Shown here piece after piece: positions 22,700 to 34,193 of a stretch of DNA of 64,000 nt. The DNA is taken from contig NC_088859.1 in NCBI RefSeq assembly GCF_963853765.1, positions 1,736,001-1,800,000 on the forward strand. The letters run 5' to 3'. Within the stretch, counting starts at the first letter, position 1, and each line of letters begins with the position of its first letter. Below the pieces are notes generated by a model. That model saw only the letters and a list, made by a program, of their open reading frames with translations. It was not told where the DNA came from and ran no database searches. The translations under genes and the position numbers were made by a program. The stretch comes from Magallana gigas (lineage: Eukaryota).

Positions 22700-25600
22700 A
22701 TGGGGAAGCTTGGCAAATTACAGAAAAGCAGAAAAAATAAAAAACTTAAGAATGTTGACGCTGAATACTCCAATGAACCTAGAGGATCTAAAAAGTGAGT
22801 AAAAATACTCTTGATAAGAAGACATCCGTTCATAGATAAATAAAATGCGAATTTTCTCGACATGCAGTTATTTACGGGACTGTATAATGACCTGATATGT
22901 ATAATGTCCTGATGACCTGATGGCGTGTATTTTGTAAAATACTGATTTGTGCAATGATATAAGAACAATATTTTTACATATTTATACAGATAATACTATT
23001 TTCTCTCAGAAAAACACAAGAAATAATTTATAACTTCTTTCAAATAAATTTTTCAGAGCATATAATTTTTTCAGTGGTATAATGTCCTGATTTTTTGTAT
23101 AATGACCTGATGACCTGATGGCATTTATTTTGTAAAATACTGATTTGTACAATGAAATAAGAACAACATTTTATTTCGTTGTATAGATCATACTGTTTCC
23201 TACAAAAAAACACAAAAGATATTTTGAAAATTCCTTTAAATTATTTTTTATTGAGCAGTTAAAAAAAACAAGGGTTATAATGACCTGATTTTTAATTGGT
23301 AATGACCTGGTGACCTGATAAATTTCAACAGTTTACCAAACACCATTTTTCAGCTTTATATCTGAAAAATTTTGTAAAAGATGGATCTTTATAAACTTTT
23401 GAATAATAATTTTGTAGGATAAACTCTTTATTAATCAAGATCTGTTCATGTTTCTTTGATCATATAAATGAAATTAGGGACAATATTAAAGTTATTCGGG
23501 ATAAACCCACATATTGCTATCTCAAATATATTTTTTTATGTTCTTTATTTTGTTATGAATTTTTTTTTTAATATATATAAATGTTTCAATATATTATTTG
23601 TTCTGGTATTATATGTGTCAGATTATATATGATGCGTATAGTGTTTGACAGATTGTACCCCTCTGTATATATTCAGTAGCCTCTATAAATGTATGGTTTA
23701 CTGGGGTGTTATTCACACTTTTTTACCACAAGAACCATAATTGGGTTCCTTTGTATTGATAGCAATTAACAGTTTACACTGCATGTACACTGTTTAAAAC
23801 TTAAGTGGTCCTCTCCTTGTTACATACCTTATTTTTTTATGTTTACATTGCCATACAGTGTATAATAAACATTATAACAATTGTGTTACAAAAACAGAAA
23901 TTATTGTGTATTAAAGTAGAAGTTGAATAAGAATTAAAATAATGCAAAATTAATACGATTACATATAATTCATCTAGTACTGGTAAATCAGTCTCCACAC
24001 TTTTGGATGAGGAATGTATGAATTCCTCAATATTTTTACAAACTAAGATTTATCATCTCAAAGTATTACATGTGAGTGTATATGAATTATATTTTTTTAA
24101 ATCAACAATAAAAGATTGATTCTCTCCATTAAAGATCAAGGTATTTACTGATATTTCTTATTGTGTGTATTTTTCAGTTTTACATATAAATTTTTCTAAG
24201 TTTAGTAACTTACAGAGAAAACATATACAATGTATTTAGGCTTACATTTCAATCTAAAATCAAAAAGATATACTATACTGACTTTAATTTTGAATATATA
24301 TAGCCTATAATACCTACGTTCAACTTACCCCCCCCCCCCCCCCCCAAAAAAAAAAGAAGAAGGAAAATGAGAAGTAGACAAATCACATTTCATATAATCT
24401 TCACACTCATTTAATTCTATATTAAGAAAATGTGGTATTTAAGAATTTTCAAAAATGAATAAACACTGAAACCCTAACAAAATTCAGCTGTTTCAGAGAG
24501 AGAGAGAGAGAGGGAGAGAGAGAGAGAACAGTCTTAATAACCAAGAATTTAAAAAAAATCTTAATAAGATTATTTGTATGTATCATTGAAATGTTTTCTT
24601 CGTTCTTAAATTGTCAGAATTATAGGATCCGGTTCATTATCTACTTGATCAGGTCAATCAGGCCATTCTGAAATCAGGACATTATACCCCGTGTTTTAGA
24701 TCAAAGTGATTTTTGGAAAAAGTATCCATTTATATTTGTTCAAACTTCAGAATTTTCATTTAGATGATCATATCAAACGATGTCAATATAAATAATGAGG
24801 CCTAAAGCTTAAAATTTATAGCTATGGCCTTTTAAAAATCATCAGGTCATTATACAAAAAAATCAGGACATTATACCCCTAAAAAAAATTATTTGCTCTG
24901 TAAAAATAATTTGAAAGAAGTTATAATTTATTTTTTGTGTTTTTCTGAGAGAAAATAGTATGATCTATACAATTAGGTAAAAAATATTGTTCTTATTTCA
25001 CTGTTCAAATCAATATTTTACAAAATACACGCCATCAGGTCATCAGGACATTATACATATCAGGTCATTATACAGTTCCGTTATTTACATGTATTGTATA
25101 ATTTTATTCTAGGAAAAGACCTGCCAACTTGGCACCGAAAAATGATGAGCAGGATATGCCTAAGAAAGTACAGAATATTATGAAATATAAAAAGAAAACG
25201 CCAAAACAATTTCAGAACGAGCATACAAGAAAAAAAGGTTTGTGTCATTTTACATGTAGATATGTCTAATTATAAGCATGGTTGAAGTTTAAATTAGGAA
25301 GGGTAAATATCATATTGGTTTGGTTTCGTTTGTAACTGGGTTACAGAATTGCCACACTGAGAAACTGTACTGTATTCTTGCCATATATGTTTGCATGCAG
25401 GAACCACATTTCTTTATAACTTGTATATTACAAGTTATATTATGTATATTACATCACATCTCCTAATCAAACTGAATAATTATGATGTAATGCAGTGTCA
25501 TTAAAGTTTTACCTTGATACTGACAAGGTCAAACTTGAACTAAAAAATAAGGGCCTTATACCAATTCTTTAATTACATAATTACTGACATAACTGAACAA

Positions 25601-28600
25601 AATAAGTAATACATTTTTTTTTATAAAAAATAATTCCATTCATCCCTGATAGACCCCGGGTCAGCTTTCATGGTAACTGCGGTACTGCTCTTTTGCAGGG
25701 CAAAGGGACATAGTTAGGTGAAATATGACGTATCATCAATTGTTTCATTTACGTCATTGAATTTAGATATCTACCTACTTAACTTCGACAAAGTTTATCA
25801 ATTTGCCCTGTAAGAGAGCAATACCACGGTTGATGGGGTGTATTCAATGTTTTCTTAGAATTTAAGATCAACATTGTAATGATTTTTTTCAGGAAAGAAG
25901 CCTGTTTACATGGAACGGGGAATGACAAGACCTATGGCAGCATCTCCAAAATTCATTCAAGGGAAACGAGAGAAGAGCAAGGATTTCATGAAGAGAGTTG
26001 AAGTAGAGACAAGAAAAGTTCTCCATCGACACCAACTGTCCCAGAAATTTAAGGTTCTTAGCTTTATTTGTGCAGAGTTTCAATGTGAACACACCCCTAC
26101 CCATTGTTCCATTGCTTCACTAAGTTCATTCTAATTCATTCAATATACATATATAAAAGTAAGGAAGAACACAATGAAGTACATGTATAGGCTATTTAAA
26201 CAATAAAATGCTTTATTTGTTAGTTTTTAACCAGCAGATGCAGGCATTGCAGAAAAAATACATGTGTTGAGAGGAGTTGACAAATTTTATCAGCAGTCAT
26301 CAAAACCATTTAATTCCTATTGAAACAAATAAAGTTTCTGTATCTTTCTTAAAGTCATTGATCTAACAAAGTGCTGTTTTTATGTTGCATATACATGTAG
26401 ACTGAAGAGCCAGTTCACACCTGACATCTGACACAAAATCTAGTCATCTCATGCAGTTCACTTGTTTATCTGACTTGTTTTGTCCAATTTAACCAGATCC
26501 ATCTTGTAAAACTGTTTACACTCCTTATCATTAACAAAATTTATTTTATCTAATGATAGATCAGTGAGTGTAAAAGAGTAAGAAAAAATAATAGCTGTGC
26601 AGAATGCTTAAATACATATGGAATCTCACGAGAATAGCAGTATTGTACTTCAAATAAAACCAGTATAAACAGAAAATTTGTAATCATGATATTATTACAC
26701 AGATATCATAAATAAGCCATTAAAGAAAAGGGAATGAGAATTAATTTGTGTACTTCAGAATTTGTCATATTACTTGTTATAATTGAAATATTATGTTCTT
26801 TCAGATGGATTTAGATGCAATGGAAGCAGGAGAAATTAAAAAACATAAGAAAAAGATGAACGAAAAACAAAAAGAGTAATTGTACTTTACATATATAGCT
26901 GTTTTTGGAGTGTTTTCATTGAATATATTTACAACTTAAAGCTGCTTGGTCTGATTTTATATCAAAATTTGGGTACGCTTTTAAATGATGGTTATGCTAA
27001 GTATGTGTATAATAATAGACTTTGCAGTAATTTTCCCCGATCAACAAAGCCAAGTTTCACTGAAAAAATTGTGTACAAAATTTGTTGACAAAACAAGTGA
27101 CAAAAAAGGGAATCGCATTATTTCGCCTCACTTTAAATTCCGCCCATGGCGTAGAGACCGGTATGGTTGTATTACAACTTCGAGTCGCTATAAATATAGG
27201 TCATTTATGTTCAGGTAACTATTTAAAAAATGTGTATATTTTGATGGTAATATTTCTGAAGTTTGCTTTGTTTACAGTCGATGCATAACATGGGGGTTGA
27301 ATAAACCCAATCATCCGGGGAACAAAACCAAATGGTTCCCTTTTCTAAACATTCCCATGATGCATTTTTGGTTTGTTTTTTCGTTTGCCCAAAAAGAAAT
27401 TATTTTATTTACTTTAAATATTTCTAACTTTGAAAGGAGACAAAAAATTGGATCAAGCAGCTTTAAAAATATTAAGCAATTGAACTACTGGTACACGTGA
27501 AAAATATTTGTGTACAACATGAAGTATAAAAAGATTTTCTAAGAGCATGTTAAGGAAGTTTATTACTTACATAAAGAAGTACATAAAGGGAAAAAGGCAT
27601 TTTTTAAAAATTTTAGTTGAAATACCTTATATAATCAGTAAATCTAATCTATGCAAGATATTCTTTGTTTTAAAATGAAGTTTGAATTTTTTTAAGGAGA
27701 TTACTTCTGAAAAAGCATAAAAAATCAGAAAAGAAGGGCAGAGATGTGGATGAATTTAAGGATTATGAAGGTACATTGATTTTAATTTGATAATAGAACA
27801 CATGCTTCTTGTTAAAAAGAATTAAGCTTTATCAAATGGTGTAAAATTATGAAATTAATTAATATTAAGGTGATTACTTTAGATGGTTTAAATTCTCATC
27901 CAAGACTGGGACCTTAATTGTATTCTCTTGTATTCTCTTCAGTTATTTTCTCATAATTTGAAAAGTAAAATCATATTGAATATTTTTTATTGAAGTTTTC
28001 ATTTACTTGATCAAATGTTAAACTTATTAGCTCTTTTTAATTTTAAAAGTTAGAAAGATGTCTTGAAAGAGTGAGAAACTTTCCTCTTTTATAGTACCGG
28101 TATTTGATAAGTGATGTGTCTTGAGAGGGTTGGAGCCTTTTTCTGTTTTATTGCATTTGTAAACACTTGTTTTTACCACATGATAGATAAGGTGAAGTTT
28201 GGAGAGGTGGTTTATGAGCCTCCGTCCCTCACAGCTCTACCCAGGAAAGCTGTCAAAGAGGAATCGGTACCCAGGGTAGGTTAATCCTTTGTGTTGTTTT
28301 AATATGTTTTGTATTTTACAGGTAATACTTGGGGAAGAAAGTTCTTAATTTTATTTTAAGGGGGTGCTTTAATTTGGATCAAGACTTGTATGAATGCAAG
28401 AATTACAATATACATGTACTTTTAAAATGATAAGTGACTTTTGTGAAATTGTTAACCGTATGATTTTATAAATTAAATCGTAATTTTATAAATGTTGTAT
28501 ATGAATCATTACAAATGTATCAGGAATGTGATTTTTCAGCAGATCTGCTGATTTCAGTGGATTTGGAAATCGAAATGTTTTCTTTAGAAATTAATACAGA

Positions 28601-28975
28601 CCAATGATTGAATGATTTTCTCCTTTTTCTTCTTCTTTCATTTACATCCCTGCATAATGAATTTTGAAACAGTTTCAAGAGAAATTTGTAACCTTCCAAA
28701 AGAAACCCAAGTTGTGTAATTATAATGTTTGCTGGATTCCTAACTGTATCTTTCTGTTGCAGCCTGGCAAGAAATCTCTGCTTCTGAAGGAGATCATTGC
28801 AGACAATGCCTCCATCACCCCAGCCAGTGTAGGATCTTCATCGAAGCGTGAAATTGGACAGTCAGTCAAGCGTAAACATATGTCAATGGCACAGCAAAGT
28901 AGAATGGACAGAGAGAGAGAGAATGCAATATTACTGTATAGACAACAGAAACAAAGAAAATTAAACCCGTCCTGA
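22700..28975 (+). CDS. CCDC137: Coiled-coil domain-containing protein 137, 7 exons, 275 aa
   Basis: Exons 22700-22794, 25113-25237, 25893-26053, 26805-26875, 27697-27770, 28187-28275, 28763-28975; GT-AG, phases consistent (828 nt). Motifs PKNDEQDMP, PKFIQGKRE, DKVKFGEVVYEPPSLTALP, MDRERENAILLYRQ match CCDC137 (human DEQEIP, DTVKFGEVVLQPPELTARP, EERERAVQAYR). Confidence 0.9.
22876..25079. mobile_element. Non-autonomous Mutator/foldback-type DNA transposon filling CCDC137 intron 1
   Basis: Identical 9-bp TSD GTTATTTAC at 22867-22875 and 25080-25088. TIRs begin GG(G/A)ACTGTATAATGACCTGAT, extend more than 200 bp and carry ATAATG(A/T)CCTGAT subrepeats. No transposase ORF. Confidence 0.85.
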
Positions 28976-29785
28976 CGGATCTTCATATTTCCTCTTTTTA
29001 ATCACTTTTTGTATGAATCTAACCAAGCTTATTCTGTGCATATTCTTAAGGTGTCAGTTTTACAATATTCTTAAAAGGTTCATGTTTAATTCATATACTA
29101 GAATATACATTAGGTGAGAAATATCAGGGCAGGCACACATGACTATGGTTACAGTAAGGTTTGTTTAATGTACCTGATAAGTATACATATGTTCTTGAGC
29201 ATTATAGCTATCGGGTACAAAATGGAAAACAGTTCAATAAAAAGAAGACGCTATCTTCATCACTCTTGTAAAATTAGTTGATGACAAGAAATTTGAAATG
29301 GGAGTTGGTAGTGTATTTTGAAATACAAGTTTATTGATAACCACGTGTTTTGAGAAGTACTAGGGGTCAACTGAGTCGTGGCAGTGTTGTATTCGTTGCC
29401 AGGCCTTTCCTTGGTAACTTAACACTAATTTGTGAATTTAATAAGTTAGATCCGTGCATGCCTAAGAAAAACAGCTTGAATATTAGATTTTTTTCTCACA
29501 AAGCCACATAAAGATATAGTTGAAAGTTGTTGCGTCGTATGTCTAAAAAGAATACATGTAGCTTGGTTATAATTTATCCGTTGTTCATTCTATTTGTATT
29601 GCATTGATAATCGATGTAATCAATACATGTTGGTCTCAAAATTATCTTTAAACTGAAAATCTGAAGATCGACAAAAGTCACGAAAATATGATATCAAAAC
29701 TCGTTGTGTGTGTGATTCACGACCTCTGAAACCCACTCTTCTAGGTTCCGTTCATCATCGAAAGTAAGACTTTTGTCTTGCCTAT

Positions 29786-29856
29786 ATGGTCGAGTGGTTA
29801 GCGCGGTGGCGGCTTACTGCAAGAGTGGGTTCCAGAGGTCGTGAGTTCAAGCTTCA
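29786..29856 (+). mobile_element. tRNA-derived SINE head fragment
   Basis: A-box-like TGGTCGAGTGG and B-box-like GAGTTCAAGC; no intact cloverleaf. Confidence 0.4.
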
Positions 29857-31128
29857 ATATTCAAATGAATATCTATCTATCTATCTCTTTATATCCGCAT
29901 GCATATATGTTCAATATTTCCTTACAATAATTGACATCAGTGTTCAAAAATTAATGAATTTTACAGTAATTTTTGAAATTGTATGTATATCACTATTTAG
30001 ATAAGAATGTAAAATGTATCTCTTTTTTTGTCCAAGTTATTGGCAATATATTTTCAGTTATATTATACAAATTGCTACAAAAAATTGTTTCTTAATTGAG
30101 AATACAAGGCTTAGCATTGAAACAGATCTCCATCAAAGTTTGTTTTGGCTTTATTTTGCCATGCAAGATATCGTAATAAATATATGTGCATTTAAGGATG
30201 GAGTCTTCTCGTTATCAAACATACTTCTTATAATTAGAAATTCATGAAATTTTGACACAGTCAAACGGATCATATTACCAAATGATTCTATCAGTTTAAT
30301 CAAATTTGACCTTTTTGTTTTCGCAAAAAGGTCAGGTCAAGGTCACTACCTTTTTCCTCAACGTAAAGGGTGATAAAAATAAGTGTAGCTCTTTGTAGCT
30401 CTGTAGACATTTGTTTAAGATTTGAAGAATCTATTCTTCAATGAAATGATAGAATATCAGAATGTCTATCAGCTCATACAACTAAATTGGAATAAATATT
30501 TATACTAAAATTGATATTGCTTAGCCCGCATTTCCTCTAATTTTCTTAAATTTTGAAGAAATTTTGATTATTTTTTTATGCTTCCAATAATAAAATATTT
30601 CTGATTTTTATGTATTATGAAGACTTTATATAAAGATATAAATTGACAGAAAAGCTCATATATTGACCATTAAATAAGAGAGAAAAACTGATTTTAGTGA
30701 TTTTTTCACAAAAATCAATGTATAGAATGGGCGCTTTAAAAAGCTTATAAAAATGTAATTTGATAGGCAAATCATATTATAAAAATATATTCTGAAACCC
30801 AAGTATCATATCAATAGTTCACATTAGTAAAAAAAAATCCAACTTTAATGTTATTGTTTTTAAAATGCTAAAACAGACTTATTAATCTGCAGCAATTCTG
30901 AATTGCGAAATATGTGATATTTTCCTACGCCAATATTACGCCAAAAATAAAGTCCTTGTTAGATTCTAAACATTGATTACTTTTTCACTGCCAAGTTGTA
31001 TGATAGTAAATAAGAAAGAAAAATATACTATTTTAATTTCCTTTCATCTTGACTTAATGAACAATTAATCAAATTTACGTTTGACAAGTCGAAAACCAGA
31101 AAAGACTCCTTCCTTAAATTCTAGTTTA

Positions 31129-31665
31129 TTTTTAACCGGGTTTTCCGAAGGAAAAATCCGGTTATTAAAATGGTGAAAATGGCGGGCGGGCTGGCGGCTG
31201 CCAAATGGGTACCCTCATTGTACGGATAACTCCTCCTACAGTTTTCAAGATAGGAAGTTGTTCTTTTGCAGATTAATTGTACATATATCAGAGGTGTGCA
31301 TATTGCTAGGATTTTGATTTCTGATAATTTATGAAAAAAATACCAGCTTTTGAATTTGGTCATTTTTTGGCAAAATATTGCATATAGGGTACCCTCACTT
31401 GTACGGATAACTCCTCCTACAATTTTCAAGATAGGAAGTTGTTCTTTTGCAGATCAATTGTACATATATCAGAGGTGTGCATATTGCTAGGATTTTAATT
31501 TCCGATAATTTAAAAAAAAATACCAGCTTTTGAACTTAGTCATTTTTTGGCAAAATATTGCATATAGGGTACACCATTTCACTGGATATGGGTTGACATG
31601 GATTATCGATACTGTGCACATAAAAGAAAACCCGGTTTGCTGTCACATTGACAGCTTTTCACTTG
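31129..31665 (+). mobile_element. Helentron-associated HINE / pearl-type non-autonomous element
   Basis: T-rich start, subterminal inverted repeat AACCGGGTTTTCC...GGAAAATCCGGTT, (GGCG)n seed, two 180-bp core repeats (31207, 31387), 3' AAAACCCGGTT plus GCTGTCA-TGACAGC stem-loop. A degenerate family member lies at about 40410-40850. Confidence 0.75.
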
Positions 31666-33232
31666 TTTCTTATTGATACAGCGGAGTGTTGTTGCGATGT
31701 AGGCCTAAATTTTACACAGTGTGACAGGTGCATTGTCGATTTGCCGCTCTTTGATTTCAAAGCATTCGTAGTGTTGATGTTTGTGAATTAAATGCTTCCA
31801 CAACAGATTAAAATTGAATACAAAGTAATATATTTCACATAAGTTACATAATATATGAGTCAAGATTAGAAAAATATTAGGTGAAAAGAAGAAAGAGTTA
31901 TAGATATAATAATTTCGGATACGTTAGAAGGCGGTGGTAGAAAGAACGGTCATTGATATGGATCGTAAGAAAAGGGCGTTCGCGATTTCTTGGGCAATTG
32001 CTACTGTATTACAAAGATTACTTTTTAATATGAGCTATGAAATGGACACCAACTGTGAAATAGAAAACCTGGAAAACCAAAGAACATATTGAAAAGGGGG
32101 ACAATAATGAAAAAAAAAACCACGAGATATCATGAAACAGCAACTGTTAAAGAGGGGACTTTTTGGATGTCTTGTTGCAATTCACGAAGGGGATCAAATG
32201 AGCGGTTCATTTGTGTCAAGCAAATGTAATTTGTATGTATACATGTAGTTACATTTACAATATTATATTCCATGACCTTTGGTCCTTAGAATAAAAATGG
32301 TTATGCTTCCATCTCATGCTTTATTCTCTTAGTATTCAAAATTTAATGTCATCAAACTACATGTTCTCGTGATACAATGATCCTTTAGTGATCTCTGAAC
32401 TAAAAATCCTTGAATGAAGGTTGACAGCAGACACGAAAATTTCTCAAGAAACTATATTGTAGTTTAGCAAAAAAAAGCATGGCCTATACCAATCCAGCTG
32501 ATCGACATACAAAAGGATACAACTCTTCATCATCTAAGTGGGTATAAAACGGGAGTAATGTACGTAAATTGATACCATGACAAGCATTGTGTGGATCTCT
32601 TTGATTTCTTTTTATTTGTGTTTATACCAACGGTCACACCTTCCTCTTTGAAGAAATCGAAGAAGAGGTCATATTGCTTAGATAATGTTAGTCGAAAAGT
32701 TGTGCTGAGGTCAAAATCAGACTCGCCAGTGGTATTGTCCTTTCTGATGTAATTTATTTTAACAAATAAACTATACAACATGGCTATTTTTAATATCAGA
32801 AAGGACACTATCTTTAAGAGTCCTATACTAATACTTATTCTTATAACAATAATGCAGGTTGATCATGATAAAAATATGTACTTGAACATTTCAAAGGGTC
32901 AAAATTTATCCGTCACTAGATATATCGGTAACCGAAAGTCCAAATTATTAGAAAAATTCTTAAGGACCGTTTGCTTAACGACAGTCTGCAATATTCATAC
33001 ATGTAGCTTGCCAAAGTAAGAAAATAACATAATCAATATTCAGGTAAAAATGTCAAAGATTATTTGATTTATTAAAAGATCATCTTCAATGTTACCAATA
33101 CAAATAGATTACTTCCAAGGTTACCTACATATACATTTCAACTCACCACTGTTGTTGTCCGTTAGTTACTGTTGAATGATAAAGATGGTGGTCATTTCTA
33201 TCTAAGTTCGACGATCAAAGTTTTCAATTTAA

Positions 33233-33757
33233 AGGGACTTGGACACGATTTGAATTAAAATTGTCTAAGTTTATTTTTCCATTTTCAATGTTTATACTGA
33301 TAAATATAGAAGTTTATAATGCTATGTCAAAATTTGAAACTTAAATATCAAGTTATAAGCAGGATACAGAGTTTATATTTTTGTTTTGTAAACAAAGCTC
33401 GAATATTGTCATTTTTTACATATTCGTTGTATTGGTATAAATTTCAATCAAATGTAACTTTCCTTTGTTGATTATAGTTTTAAAGAAGATATTGAATTAG
33501 TTTATATTGTTTTTTACCGTCATTTTGTCCAAGAAACGGTAGTTCTCTACATTACATTTTTTGTAAAAAAAAAAAAACTATAAGACTCGAGCTTTGTCTA
33601 CATACATGTAACAATCAATTTTTACCTCTGTACAGTGTATCTCGCTTGTAACTTGACTTTAACATTTAATATTTCGGTCAATCATTTAAAATGCACAATA
33701 AACAATTTGATACATAAAAAATAAAAATAAAATCTTTGATCTCAAATCGTGTCCAAG
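33233..33757. mobile_element. TTAA-flanked MITE (Kolobok/piggyBac-type), right end truncated
   Basis: TTAA|AGGGACTTGGACACGATT at left, AATCGTGTCCAAG at right; interior similar to the copy at 43492-44040. Confidence 0.65.
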
Positions 33758-34193
33758 AGACACAGACGGACAAGGAAATTAAAATGATCACCAGATCCTT
33801 GAAATAGTACGCGCATTCAATTTAATTATGATATTCATGTTAAGTCAAGCATCACAAAAACATACATGCATGCGATACAGATCAAGACTTCACCCTTACA
33901 AATTAAAACAGGTAACATCCTGTCTTTTTCCTTTTAGTATATACATCATTAAGATATTTATACCCATAGGTTGTTCCTAACTAAAGGGGTAAATTAAAAC
34001 GGGCTCAGTTTAACAAGTATCTACCGGTAGGCGGGTAATACATGACGTAGGTTCATTGCTACCTCTTAAAACTTGCACAAATCAATGATAATGAATTGAG
34101 ATCAAATATTTATGAATTGCCAATCTACAATAAAAATTAAATAGATGTAAAAATAATTTTTCTTCATTGCTTTAACAAATAACTGTACATATC

